From positions 1,774,436 through 1,838,435 of the forward strand of contig SMSO01000031.1 of the NCBI GenBank assembly GCA_004764695.1: a DNA stretch of 64,000 nucleotides, read 5' to 3'. The notes under the pieces were generated by a model. That model did no database searches, had not been told where the DNA came from, and was given only the letters and a program-made list of their open reading frames with translations. Positions 45,265 through 57,784 of this stretch are shown here, piece by piece. The translations under genes were made by a program, and so were the position numbers. How positions within the stretch are numbered: position 1 is the stretch's first letter; each line of letters opens with the position of its first letter. The DNA comes from Schizochytrium sp. TIO01. Lineage: Eukaryota; Protista; Bigyra: Labyrinthulomycetes.

Positions 45265-46595
45265 CTTTCTCGACTTTTAACACACTACCAAACGGTAAGC
45301 TTTCTTTGAGTGTGCCTTCGCAAGAAAGTCCTCGTAAGAAGACCCAGACTATCCAACCAAATGTAGGCCAGGACTTGATGTGATTCGCGTTTTGGTTCTA
45401 CTTTTATTGTGAAAGTGATCCTGGCATTGCTTCACGCAATTAATATTGCTCAATGCATACATAGAGTCCCTCTACTCAAAAGCCTATTAGTAAACTTCGG
45501 CATCACTCTGATAAAGCGAAATTAGTACCCACGACTATTCTAAGAGCGCTCCAATATCTTGGAATGTGCTGGAACAAACTAAAACTAGATTTATGAAGCG
45601 GCGAGTGATTTCCAAGGAGTCGCGCAGACATTTTCATGGGAATTAATAAAAAAAGGTTTACCCCAAACCCTCAAAATAAAATGTGGCAGGTCAGAGACGA
45701 CACTTCGATTCATTTAGTCTACTAGAAGCTCATTAACTTCAGCAATTGCCTAAACCCAATCAGTAACTTTCCATGAAGATAGCAGAGGTCTTACTTATTT
45801 CCCTTTGATCTTGCCTGTTGTACCCGAAAAGTTAAAGACAGATAGCTCATGTTTAACAGAGTTAATTTACCTTCAACTAGGTTTTGAGAGATACCTCGTG
45901 CTTCCCAAGCTTCATCGTTCTTACACGCGAATTCACTATCATCTTTGGCGTGCCCTATGAATGTCTACTCCACTGCGACGCCGTAGTTGAAGAGTTGGCT
46001 TGACAAGAACCAGGAACAAATTCCCACAACCATCTGACAAAATTGAGTTTTTAAAATTAAAACTAAATGAAGCAGTAGATGCGTACTAACTAGATTGTAT
46101 AACCTAAGGGAAGGCTAATCTTGAAGACACGTTGGTTATTCGGCATCTAAAACTCCCTTCTATTTCCTCAACTTTCAGCGAGACTGGGGTGCGACCTTCA
46201 TTGGAGCATTGATGGGAGCACGTAAATTCTATCCACATCTTCGCGAAGAGAAAAGAGCTTATCAACAGGCTCATCGAGACACCGAAACAATTTTTAATTC
46301 GAGGTGCTATGAAAAGCTCATTTGAGTTCTGTAGAATCTCACAGTGGACCCTCAGTTGATTTGGCTATTTTTAGCCTGCATCTTTCAGGTATGATTATCT
46401 ATTTTAAAGCTTCCTCACAACAGTAGGTAGGTACCGAAGTACTCGAAGATGCAAGTCTTTCAAAAATATCTTATATTCAAGCCTTCCCTTTCTGTAGAAA
46501 AAGAAAAAAGAGTAAATATTGGTTTAAAGCATTGAGAGAAGACCACCAAGGAATATTTTCCGATGTGACGTAAATTCAACAGGGCCTAAACATTT

Positions 46596-47420
46596 TTATA
46601 GTTTGCTTTTCTTGAAGCCCTTTTTTACGTACACCTTGAAGGCAGGGTCTTTGATGGACATTAACTGCTGTCGATCTTCGAGAGCGATCTGGCTGTGAAG
46701 GTCTGGAGCGCTGTAGGAAAGATTGATTGCTTCCTTCGTCATGAAAAGGGGCATAGGCGCCATAGTCTCAATCATTGTCTGAATGATCTCTTCGCCTGCT
46801 TTTAACATTTCGTCATACGTATCATGAATAGAAACAGCAAAACCAAGCTGGTAGGCACGCTCAGCTTTAAGAAAACGTCCAGTAGTCATCATCTCAGCAG
46901 CAACGGCAGGCCCTACAACACGCGGCAAAAAATACGAAATGCCGACGTCACCCCCTGTGAGGCCAATCTTGGCCATAGCAACATTACAGCGAAAGTCCTT
47001 TTGGATAAGGCGAATGTCTGCAGCCAAAGCTAGAGCGAGACCAAAGCCAGCTGTGGCACCCTGCAACAGGGCCACAATGGGTTGCTTAATTCTTCGCATT
47101 ACCATGATAATTTGGGCAATACGACGTTGTGAATTAAAAAAGTACGTCCCATGGGCTTCATTTGTCTCGCCTTCACTACCTTCTGTGAGATCAAGGCCAG
47201 CGCAAAAGGCTCTTCCATTTGCTTTGAGCAGAATAGCCCGTGGAAAGGGCCCGCCTTTCTCGTGAGTGACAAGCTCATTGGTCTCAAGATTGGAAAAATA
47301 CGTCAACAGCTCAGTCATGAGCCTCGGGCTCCCTGCATTGAGCTTTTGAGGGCGATTCAGGGTTACCACGTCCCAGCCGTTGGAGTTGCGCTCCACAGTG
47401 ATGGTCTCGAAATTCAACAT
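46596..47420 (-). CDS. Enoyl-CoA hydratase/isomerase (crotonase) family protein with PTS1 (-SKL)
   Basis: VTLNRPQKLNA, RAFCAGLDL, QPIVALLQG, LALAADIRL, LPRVVG; ends KKSKL*. ATG at 47420. Confidence 0.92.
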   Translation of the reverse strand: MLNFETITVERNSNGWDVVTLNRPQKLNAGSPRLMTELLTYFSNLETNELVTHEKGGPFPRAILLKANGRAFCAGLDLTEGSEGETNEAHGTYFFNSQRRIAQIIMVMRRIKQPIVALLQGATAGFGLALALAADIRLIQKDFRCNVAMAKIGLTGGDVGISYFLPRVVGPAVAAEMMTTGRFLKAERAYQLGFAVSIHDTYDEMLKAGEEIIQTMIETMAPMPLFMTKEAINLSYSAPDLHSQIALEDRQQLMSIKDPAFKVYVKKGFKKSKL

Positions 47421-48816
47421 GCTTACAGCTCCGCTCAAATCTCAATCCTTGCCTCTGGTTGAGGGCGGCGGAGGTTTCCAAATTGGATTTACTAACCCAA
47501 GAACATTACACATCATAGATTTTGATCTACGACGCATGGTATGAATCAAAGTCTCCGTTTTACTTAGATGTTCGTAATAGTAGTGGTCTCGGAGTCCGAC
47601 ACGCTATCTCCTAAGTCCGCCCAGATGCGAGTCCACAATGTGCCCCTAAACTATTGATACACAATATATATATATATATATCAACCCCAAGGTTAAACCC
47701 TTATGTCCCAAGTCTTCGTCGCAGTAAAAGCGATAGCAGGGAGCTTGTTATGATGGCATCTATCTTTCCATCCAACACTTTTGGACAGTAACTAGAATAT
47801 TGAAGGGCGGAACCCTAGCGGAAAGGCCATAGGAGAATAGCACATGGAGCATTGCCCCTTCAAGACAAGGAATGAAGTCTGGCGAGTATTTGTGCTGGAT
47901 ATTTGCTCTATGCTGCATTGTGAAATTGAACTGTGAACACTCAGTGAGCGTAGAGATCTGGCCACTTCGAGCCTATAAAACGTGCTGAAGCCAAAACATG
48001 TCTTCCAACTTGGATATAGAGGGCATTTTGCTGCAAATTGTACTAGACACCCAGATCGTCCAGTTTAACGAATGGTGTGAATCTTGTGAATCTTGTTCAC
48101 GACTGATGTTCTTCCATCAAAAAGTAGAGAGAATAAATAAGTTGGATCACATACCCCAAATGGTGCTTCGATGCAGTTTCTCCGTGGCTTTTGGAGGCTA
48201 GATGTTTTAAGGGGCATTTCACGCATACAAGCTCTTAGTTGTACCAGTAGCAACTCACTCAAGTTCCACGCTCTTATTTCTTTTAACGTGTGCTCTATCA
48301 CACATCAAAAGCTACCATTTATCGTGCTTACCGAGGCGGAATCTCGTCGATACTATCCTGAAAGCCCGCTGGGACAAGGTCAGAGCAGCTTCACTCCGAA
48401 TGATCTGGTTGCCTCTAATAACCCATATGCAGTCACCAACCATCTATATTCTTCTCCTGATCTTCAACGTCTCGAGTTACTTGTTCTCCAAGTTTTAGGC
48501 ATAATGCTGTCTCGCAATGGAGCCATTATCTTTGCTCGGCACTTCTCAAAGCGCTCCCGAAAACCTGTCAGCCTCAACGAGCATCCTAATAGTGCACTAC
48601 GAGTCAACCCTAACCAGGTGCTTTTACTTTTATACTCTATAAATCCAAAAGATGCCGTCTTTAATTACCAGAAACAAGTGCGTTACTTACATTCCTCATG
48701 TGATAAGACACTATCAAAAAGCGCCAAGAAGATCCAGTACAACCCATGGGGGTTCGGAATGTCTGACTTCAAGCGTCGCGCAGGGTTCATTCATGCATCG
48801 CCTCATTTCGCTATGA

Positions 48817-48881
48817 TCATCAATGAATCAATGAATCAATCAATGAATCAATGAGCCAATCAATGAATCAATGAATCAATT
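48817..48881. repeat. (ATCAATGA)n / (ATCA)n repeat
   Basis: Directly visible. Confidence 0.9.
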
Positions 48882-48959
48882 TATTTATATTGATTTCTTA
48901 GTTTGATTGTCTGTTTTGCTAAGCTTAAGATCTGTCGAATCCAATCGTTGTGCACTAGC

Positions 48960-49340
48960 ACTTGGCCAATAGAACCACTCAATAATAATTACACTAAATG
49001 GAAGGTCGGGGATTCTTGCAAGTACTGCCTCCTCCAACATCGACCCATAGACAGACAAACAGACACATTTACTAACGCATAGGCCTCCTTCCTCCACAGA
49101 CGCCGCTGTCCCGATCCAGCCAGCACCAGGACGGATCTCGATCAATCCTCCCATCCCACCTCACGAGCCTCCAAGGCGAAACCTCTTCTCCACCCTCCAC
49201 AAACTCTGCAACTTCAACCTCAAGTACTTCAAGAAAAGATCGGCGCCGATCCTATTCTTTTGTAGGAAAGGCAATCAACAATTCAACAACTCAACAAAGA
49301 TAAATAACTATCTCAGAATTCATTCAATACATCAATCAAC
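48960..49340 (+). mobile_element. Probable decayed LINE 3' fragment (zinc knuckle plus CA-rich tail)
   Basis: Reads DSCKYC, then after frameshifts QTHLLTH and FLHRRRCP, resembling CxxC...HLLxxCPxfxxxR; followed by CAA/ATCA-rich sequence. Confidence 0.35.
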
Positions 49341-50224
49341 GTAGTAAGTACAACATCTCAACGCAGTAAGTACAGCGTAGTAAGTATCATCTTCTGAAGT
49401 ATGCATGGATGTACATGATATAAATTATCATGATGTATGTATGTATCTATGTTTGATGATTATACATCTTTTTTTATTTTTTAATGAGGCCTCTTCGCTG
49501 CAGTCAGTCAGTCCTACCAGGTGCTAGGACCTTCTAGCAGCCAAGAAGAAGAAGAAGCGCGTTTTCAGGAGCTTCTCGACGAGAGAATCGAATTGTAGAG
49601 CCGGAGCAGGCCTTTAGCTGCTTAAGGCTGAACCAAACCCTCTCTGGTGCTGCACTGGACTTGTTCTGTCCTTACTGCGGCCGGCTCGACCGCAGAGTTG
49701 CACCGTGCTTGGACTTTCGAGAACCCTTGAACAAAAGGGCGAAGATAGATAGACAGAGCCAAAATACCTACCTACCAGCGTTAACCGCGCGTTAGCGTTT
49801 ACTATAGTTTCAACTTCAGTATGTCTACTACTTTTGACTTAGAGAGTCGGGAGTCTGAGGCGACAGCGACATAAAATCCCATTATAACCCCCTTTGTCTA
49901 GAAGAGCTCTGGCACGGTCTGTGGATAGAGGGGGTGGGGAGGAAGTGTTGATTTGTACTTTGCACCTGGGGAAAGGATAGGGATGACCCGGTTTACCAGA
50001 CTAGGTGTAGGCATCTCGAAGGATACTAGGACTTGGATAGGGTGTGATAGGAGGCGTGGTTCTTGGGAGATGATTGCGATCTTTTGCTCATGTCTTCGTG
50101 TGATGAAGATGGTGAGCGAGGTTGTGAAAATTGGAGATCGCGAGCTTGCAAACCTGCAACTCATCCGCGATCTTCAGAAAGAGAACAGTAAGCAAGCAAA
50201 CAAGTAAACAAGCAGCCAAGAACC

Positions 50225-50893
50225 ATGACGATCAAGCTCACCTACTTCAACATCCAGGGTGTCGCGGAGAAGATCCGCCTCGCCTTCACCCTCAATGGCG
50301 TTGAGTTCGAGGACCACCGCGTGAACCACGAAGAGTGGACTGCCATCAAGCCGCAGTCCAAGTTCGGCCAGCTGCCTTTGATGCAGATCGACGATGGCCC
50401 CGTGCTCGCCCAGAGTGATGCCCTCCTCCGCCTTGCCGGTACCATGGGCGCTGGCAAGCTCGTGCCTTCTGACCCCATGGAGCAGTTCAAGGTCAACGAG
50501 GCCATCAACCTCATCGATGACCTTGCTCGCTCCTGGGTGCCTGCTCACAGCCTCGGCATGGCTCCGGAGAAGTTTGGCTACACCAAGGAATTCATTCAGT
50601 CCGAGGAGGGCAAGGCCAAGATCAAGGAGCTCCGCGAGAAGTGGTTTGAGACCGAGCTGCCCAAGTACGCCAAGCTCATCGAGGACCTCATCAAGGCCAA
50701 CGGCGGCGTCTTTCTCGCTTCCACTGAGGGCCCCACTATTGCTGATTGCTACGCTGTGCCCTACCTTAACCAGTTCCAGCGTGGCTTCATTGACCACATT
50801 CCCGCTACTAGCCTCGACCAGTTCTCCGAGCTCACTGCCTACATCAAGCGCTTCTACGAGATCCCGGAAGTCGCCAAGTACTACAGCAAGTAA
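50225..50893 (+). CDS. Glutathione S-transferase (Tyr-type, sigma-like), copy 1
   Basis: KLTYFNIQGVAEKIRL, FGQLP, AQSDA, PTIADC; strong C/G-ending codon bias. Confidence 0.95.
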   Translation: MTIKLTYFNIQGVAEKIRLAFTLNGVEFEDHRVNHEEWTAIKPQSKFGQLPLMQIDDGPVLAQSDALLRLAGTMGAGKLVPSDPMEQFKVNEAINLIDDLARSWVPAHSLGMAPEKFGYTKEFIQSEEGKAKIKELREKWFETELPKYAKLIEDLIKANGGVFLASTEGPTIADCYAVPYLNQFQRGFIDHIPATSLDQFSELTAYIKRFYEIPEVAKYYSK

Positions 50894-51828
50894 TCTAGCC
50901 ATCCCTCGATGACCTTTGTTCGGTCCGGTAAATGCTGCCTGCAGCAGCTCAGGACATTTAGTGCGATCAAAGATCTAGCATATGAGAACTAATCATGTCA
51001 AAAGTTTTGTTCAACTAGTAACATCATCATTTTTTGCTCCTGCAAAGATTTCATCCTTTTTCTTGCAACACGATGTTGTGTTACACTTCTTTAGATTTTC
51101 AATGAGCCATCCAAAGATCGTGGGAAGGAGACTTCTGCTTTTCGCGGAGCACTCTGACATGATCTATCAATTCCAGAGTGGTTCACAAAATGAGCTTCAC
51201 TTCTTCTTTTTTTTAATTAAAACTTTAATTATAAAAATGAAAGGAAAAGGGGAAAAGAATTGACTATGTTATATTTTAAAGACGAGTCCAGGAGCTTATT
51301 CCGAGCCGAAGTTGTACGGCATTAACCCCGTTCTTTCACTACGGCCTGGCTGAATACACCAATCCTGCTGCTTCTACTGCATCCTGCCCATAACCCGACG
51401 TGCCGTTAGTTTGTTCAATCTTCACATAAGTGTGGTTAGGTGTCTAGCTAGCTGCTACTACTGCTTACAAAAAGTGAAAAAAGGAAAAGAAATAGAAATG
51501 AAAAGAGTTCGTCGTCATCACTCGTGTGAGATAATTACTAGGTATGCTTTTGCAGAATGCTTGCGCCAGACCTTCGCGACCTAATCATATGGTCATGCGT
51601 TCTCTGGTGACTCACATTTGTGGAAGCGGTTCGCACAGTAGATGCGTCTACAATGTTGGGCATTCTAGCACGAAAGAGTAGTATTCTCGAAAGAGTGATA
51701 AAGCCTAGTATAGTAGTAAGTAGTAGAAAATTGCAAACTTGAATGATTGACAGCAAAACCAAAAGATAGCAGAACCCGAACACCACCAGCTGAAGACATA
51801 GCAGCAGAGCATAAAGGATACGACAACG

Positions 51829-52503
51829 ATGGGTGTCGAGCTTACATACTTTGATATTCATGGGGTGGCGGAGAAAATCCGTCTAGCGTTGGTGTTAAAC
51901 CATGTCGAGTTTGAGGACGTTCGTGTGGGTATGGGAGAGGAATGGGAAGAACTTAAGCCCAAGACCAAGTATGGCCAATTGCCGTTCTTAAAAATTGACA
52001 ATGGCCCAGAGCTGCCCCAAAGTGACGCCATTTTGCGATTGGTTGGTACAATGGGAAAAAACGCCCTCTACCCGCAGGATCCTGCTGAACAGTTCAAGGT
52101 AAACGAAGCCATCAACGTCATCGACGATATGGCCCGTGCTTTTCATCCAGCGTATTACTTTCAATGGACGCCGGAAGCATTTGGCTATGCGAAGGACTTC
52201 CCTGAGTCTGAAGAGGGCATTGCTAAATTTAAAGAGTTGCGTGAAACCTTTCTGGCAGATGTTTTGCCGACACATTTGAAGAATGTCGCGATGCTTCTCA
52301 AGGCAAACGGGAACAAGTTTATTGCGTCAAGTGCTGGCCCTACAATCGCGGATTGCCATACCGTGGCATTCTTAAACCAATTTCAGCTTGGCCAACACGA
52401 GCATTTCCCTAAAGGTTGCCTCAGTATCTCACCAGAAGTTGCAGAGTATATTGAGCGCTTCTTGGCGATTCCTGAGGTTGCAGAGTGGTACAAGACCCAT
52501 TAG
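51829..52503 (+). CDS. Glutathione S-transferase, copy 2
   Basis: ELTYFDIHGVAEKIRL, YGQLP, PQSDA, PTIADC. Confidence 0.95.
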   Translation: MGVELTYFDIHGVAEKIRLALVLNHVEFEDVRVGMGEEWEELKPKTKYGQLPFLKIDNGPELPQSDAILRLVGTMGKNALYPQDPAEQFKVNEAINVIDDMARAFHPAYYFQWTPEAFGYAKDFPESEEGIAKFKELRETFLADVLPTHLKNVAMLLKANGNKFIASSAGPTIADCHTVAFLNQFQLGQHEHFPKGCLSISPEVAEYIERFLAIPEVAEWYKTH

Positions 52504-55116
52504 TCAGACCCTTTCAATAACTCTGTTGATTTATGCAAAATATAAATAGATTTTAAAAAGTTGTCTGATACTATCCTTGCACGGACCGACGAGTAATGGA
52601 ACTTCAATTGTATCCTACTTGGTACATGTCTTCGTCATTGTGGCAAAGGGTTAAAGTCACTCAGCTGATGAAGCAACTTCCCGTTTATGCTGCCAATATC
52701 TAGAGGACTCGAGGCTAGAACTCTTCCGTCAGTTATAAAACTCCCTAAATAAATACATAAATAAAGATGGACATTTTTTCTATAGTTATTCTTTCGACAA
52801 TGGGCAATCTACTATAAGAGGATACTTTGGGCATCAAGATGTCATCAGTGCAAGCTCTAGATCACGAAAGTAGTTTATGTCAACGTCAACATAGTAGAAA
52901 AGATTGACAACTGATCTTTAAAAAAAAGAAAAGAAAAAAAAAGCCAACAAAATGAGCTTTGAAGAGAAGTAGAAACTATGCTATCAAGCTTCGTTCTTTG
53001 CACCCTATTCAACCCTGTCGCTAGGATTTCTAGTCAAACGCTACCTAAACATTGGTTGATACTGCACATCAAGAGAGCGTATTTTGGAGAAAGGTACCAG
53101 TACATGTTCGTTATTGTGATGTGACGTTTTCAAAAATTGGGCAACGAGCGAAGTATAGTTGGACTATCTTTGGCAAATCATTGAGCGAGAAGGACAGGCA
53201 ATTTAACTACAAACCTTTGGGGCCAGCCTGATGCTGAAAAGCGGTTCGATAGCGAGTACATCTACAAGGGTAACAGAGCACGCACAGGTAAAAGCACAGA
53301 ACTAACTCAAGGGCTAGTAGGTCCACCTTTAGGTACTCGTGTGAATTCCGCTGGTGTAATTACTAAGATCATAGCTTGGTTATCTAAACATGAAATTATA
53401 ATTAAGCTACGTTGTATATGCTGACAACTGGTTGGCGGAGTTAAATACGAGGGCCATCCGCCTCTTCTTTGTTCATCAAAATTCCTTGATCAATTAGTTT
53501 CTCGAATCTTGCCAGCTGGCATTCGGACGTTCTTGGTTTTTCAGAAGTACTTGGTTCTTAACTTATGACGACATCACTATCGTTTCAAAATCTCGAAAGT
53601 GTGACTATCGGGACATCTTCCATGGTTCTCCCTCGTAGTTTCTGCAATTTATGAAACTACTTCACTCACTTCAAGTTCTCTTCGGGGCTGCTTGCGAGTG
53701 GCACCGGGAGTCCTGTAGAAAGTGTCCTGCCTCATTGCCCGCGTCTGCAGCGATATGGCTCGAGCCGTTGCCATGTCTGTTACTGCACGGCCTTTGTTTC
53801 AGGATCTTCCGCACAGAGAGCACAACTTGGGGCTTTCCCAGGTGCTCGAAGAGGAATTTCAGGTCATGATGAAGTGCCCCGAAGACTATTACTAGCCCCA
53901 CTCTCATAGTCAGAGGTAACAAGTTAAAATCCTTTGCTTGGGTAAAAACTCAAGCCAAAACAATCACTTCCTTAGCCCTGAAATTCAAGTTCTTTGTACT
54001 TGTCGCTCTTAGAAGAACCCTTTTCTATTCATTCATCCAAAGATAAGTGGTTTTCGTGATTTGGCGAAGAACCGGATCATAGCACACTATTATGGGTAGG
54101 TACCATACGTTCGAACACTGCAGTTTACCCGACCAATGTTTCAAGAACTTCAAAGGCCTTTGAAATCTATCAGAGAACCGCTTCAAACCCGTGAGGCCTT
54201 GGAGCTGATGAGTGAGCAGACAATAAGTCCACTATTGTCGATGCTTAATCATGCTGAGGAAGCAATCCTTATCCCAAAGCACCAACGTTTTCAGTGGCTG
54301 GTATACTAGGTAGTACCTACACCCTTCTCTTAGGAATTGGTCCACTGGTACTAACAGAGGACTAGGCTACTGCTTGTAGGCACTTGCGCACAAAAGCACT
54401 TGGAGATTCCAAAATGGTTAAAAAAAAAGTGCTATCTGGCTCAACCTTCAGAATTAATTGCAGCTCAGGTGCAGACATGGAGTGGCGTTGAGTGTTGAGC
54501 GATAAAAGGCCCACCTGCGAGAGAACAGTGAACTGCAAGTTGCTAGTCCGTGACGCGAAACCAACTCAGTTAGTTCTGCCAGGGATTCTTTGATCTGGGA
54601 ACTTCAGCTGAAAGGAGCTTCTTCTACCTGTCTACCAACTACCGTGACCGTGTAATGCAATCATTAGGCCAAAAGTGAAACGACACTGTCTAATACGCAT
54701 CGCCATCATAATTGTAGACCCGAAGTGCCGAAGACGCACGCTTTCACAACCGGGGCTGCAATAACTTGCTACGATACTAGGGCATCAGCTGTGACGCGTG
54801 TTGAATGATTCCACGGGAAAGGAACAATATTCGTTCTCTGTACAACTTTGGAAGTTCAACGTAGTACCATCTCCAACTTCGAGTGGCTAGAGTGTAAAGA
54901 CTTGTAGATTACCTCGGAAGTTGGCGTTGAGATTTGCCGAGCAAAGATACAAGTGCAAGGCTACCTATAATTTGCGAGCATTTAATTAGCACCGGGAGGC
55001 CAAGCACGATGGAGACCTGATGCAGAACCTGAACTCAACCGACAGCACAGCAGACCAAAGCAAGAGGAGAAAGCGCTAGTTTTTGTGAACACAGCGAAAG
55101 ACTAAACTTCGAGAAA

Positions 55117-55785
55117 ATGACTGTCAAACTTTCTTACTTTGATGTCACTGGCTTGGGCGAGCGTATTCGTCTTGCCTGTATCCTCAATGGAGTTGACTTT
55201 GAGGATAACCGCGTGCAGCGCGAAGACTGGGTCAAGATGAAGGATAGTACAAAGTATGGCCAAATGCCGCTGCTCGAACTTGAAGATGGTACCACGATTG
55301 CGCAAAGCGATGCCATCCTTCGCTACGTTGGCAGCCTTGGGTCTGGCAAGCTTTACCCACAGGATCCACGCGCCCAGGCCAAGGTGAATGAGGCTCTTGG
55401 TGTCAGTACGGACTTGTTCCATTCGGTCATGCCCAAGTTCCGCATCGCAATGGAACCAACGAAGTATGGCCACAGTGAAGATTTCGCTGAGACTGAGGAG
55501 GGCAAGGCCAAATTGCAGGCTGTCAAAGAGAACTGGGTGGCTGAGGAATTGCCCAAATTTGCAAAGTTCTTTACCAACCTTTTGAAAGAGAATGGCGGTG
55601 AATACCTGGCCTCCACAGATTATCCGACCATCGCTGATTGTAGTGCAGTTTCTTTCTTGAACGAGTTTGGCAAAGGGTTCGTTCAATTTGTTCCGGCTGA
55701 CTGGATTGAGGAATACCCGGAGCTGAAGGCCTACATCGACCGCTTTATGGCCCTTCCGGAGGTCGCCGAGTGGTACAGCAAGTAA
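55117..55785 (+). CDS. Glutathione S-transferase, copy 3
   Basis: KLSYFDVTGLGERIRL, YGQMP, AQSDA, PTIADC. Confidence 0.95.
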   Translation: MTVKLSYFDVTGLGERIRLACILNGVDFEDNRVQREDWVKMKDSTKYGQMPLLELEDGTTIAQSDAILRYVGSLGSGKLYPQDPRAQAKVNEALGVSTDLFHSVMPKFRIAMEPTKYGHSEDFAETEEGKAKLQAVKENWVAEELPKFAKFFTNLLKENGGEYLASTDYPTIADCSAVSFLNEFGKGFVQFVPADWIEEYPELKAYIDRFMALPEVAEWYSK

Positions 55786-56519
55786 AATTATGTTCCTACA
55801 ATTAAACTAATAAGGAAAAATATCATAAGTTCTAGATTTTGTTTTTTTATGCAGGTATGCCAGATGATAGGTGACAATTGCAGAGTGTAGTCGATTCATT
55901 CGGAGAAATCATTGATTAAAATGAATTTGGACGAACTAGGGGTGGGGATTTAAGTATCTGAACTGAAACTCGCGATTTTGGAATACATACGTTCAACAAA
56001 CAGATGTAAATCACAATTTTGACTATCACCTTTGGAGTTGTTGAAGTGCCAGCAGATCACCAGCTTTAAGGCTTCAACTCAGAGCCTTTAAATTCTAGTT
56101 TGCGTTCCAAAGTCTAATCTCATTCTTCTTAGTCAATCCCAACCTCATACTTGGGCAATCCCTGACCTTCCGCTTTGAGTATGTAAGATTGTGAACCAAT
56201 TTAAACACATAAACCTATGGTTGGTGAACGTGAGGTAGATTTGCGATTTTCAGCAGCTTAGCTTGCAGAGTAAAGGTTGATAATTATGTTAAAGAAGGAC
56301 TTGATCTAATGTCGAAAGGGCTGAAGAAGTGTGTTGTACTTCTTGAATAAGAAGAGATTCTTGAACCCATGATAACTTTGTTCAAGGCCTCTTCTTGAAG
56401 GAGAGGTGGAAGCAGTATATTTACATGACTTTTAAATATAAAAGAAGTTAAATATGTACTTGTTTGATTAAGACATTCAGCCATTCAGCTCAGAGAATGT
56501 TGTGGTTTCCATCCTCGCA

Positions 56520-56597
56520 ATGATTTATAGCTTCATTTGATGACGCTGTAGACTCTACCCTTTGCCATGATTTATAGCTTCATTTGACATTGCTGTA
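56520..56597. repeat. Local direct duplication (ATGATTTATAGCTTCATTTGA...GCTGTA x2, 47-bp period)
   Basis: Directly visible. Confidence 0.85.
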
Positions 56598-57784
56598 AAG
56601 TTTATCATCAACAAAATCTTACCTGTATTCGAGCGGTTTCTAAATTTAAATTGATTGATCAATTGAACGCAACTTCAATTCATAAGCACGCACTAAATAT
56701 GAGATCTCGTCATCTCACGTATTTATAATATATATGTATAACACTAGGTGGTTCATAGAAGACAGAGAAAACGTATGTTAAACTCACCATCTCCCTCAAT
56801 GTTACTGACTAAAGACGGACCTTTGTAGACGCTACCACACATCCCAAGGTTCTTCCACGTCATATTGCAATACCTTCGGCTGAACTTGGAAAAAACCCTA
56901 AAGCCACTGAGCTGGTAGGTTGAGCGAGGAAAGATTTTTGCGGCGAAATTATGCCTTTCTCAACTATAGTGTACAAGCAGGTACGTGAGAAATTACCCGC
57001 TTCCTTTCATAGCAAGATGTACAGCGTAGCTTCTCAATGAATCACATTGAGCTTATTAGCGAAGGAAGCCCTACTGGAGGTGCTGAGTTTTGATCAAATT
57101 AGCCGGCCACTCTGCTATCTTTAAATGCCACACTGATGAACGAATCTATGCTAATTCCAAGTTGCCACCATAAAGCTGAGCATCGTAGCAACCGGCATCT
57201 TTGTTCGGAGTTTCTAAAAACTAGAAACGTGGAGAAGAGTGTCTCATTCATGAAAAAAAAAAAATTACTTATGATAAATCCCGGCCCACCTTATATGTGG
57301 GTCCTAGACTTTACACTAGAAGCCCACCTCGTTGCTCACAGGTACTAGTGGTCCAGAGGCATAATGGGAAGCAAGTAGTATCCTCCATTTTGGTGTGCAA
57401 GAAATGCTCGGCATCTCCATATTGCATGCGCGAGAGGAAGGCGTTCGTATCTTCATCCACCAGTTCGCTAGGTATCTCCCTTGTGCGGAACATTGTTGAA
57501 GGATTTTATGATTACCGGCCCCCGTACTTTCTATTGGTAGATAGGTACTGGGAGAATTTCTGATGTCTGAAGTTCATCATGAACATTGCACCTGGAGACA
57601 TCAGCGTCGCGCATTTCCTTTTGAACTTCAGCTCAAAAATAAGCAGGGCTCGGGCTTCCAATGTCAAGTTTGCCCGAGATGCTGATGATGTGGAGAAGTG
57701 ATTGAAGCAAAGCCACAGCAAAACCGTAATCTCGATTTGCTTCTGGACCAGAACAAGAGTAGAGAGTTTTAGCAATCAGTAAAG

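Noticed and set aside
52640-52710. Possible fifth GST remnant (QLPVYAANI resembling ELPKYAKLI)
   Set aside because: The match is too short to distinguish from chance.
56520-56597. Direct repeat pair as a possible CRISPR array
   Set aside because: Only two copies, a eukaryotic context and no cas genes.
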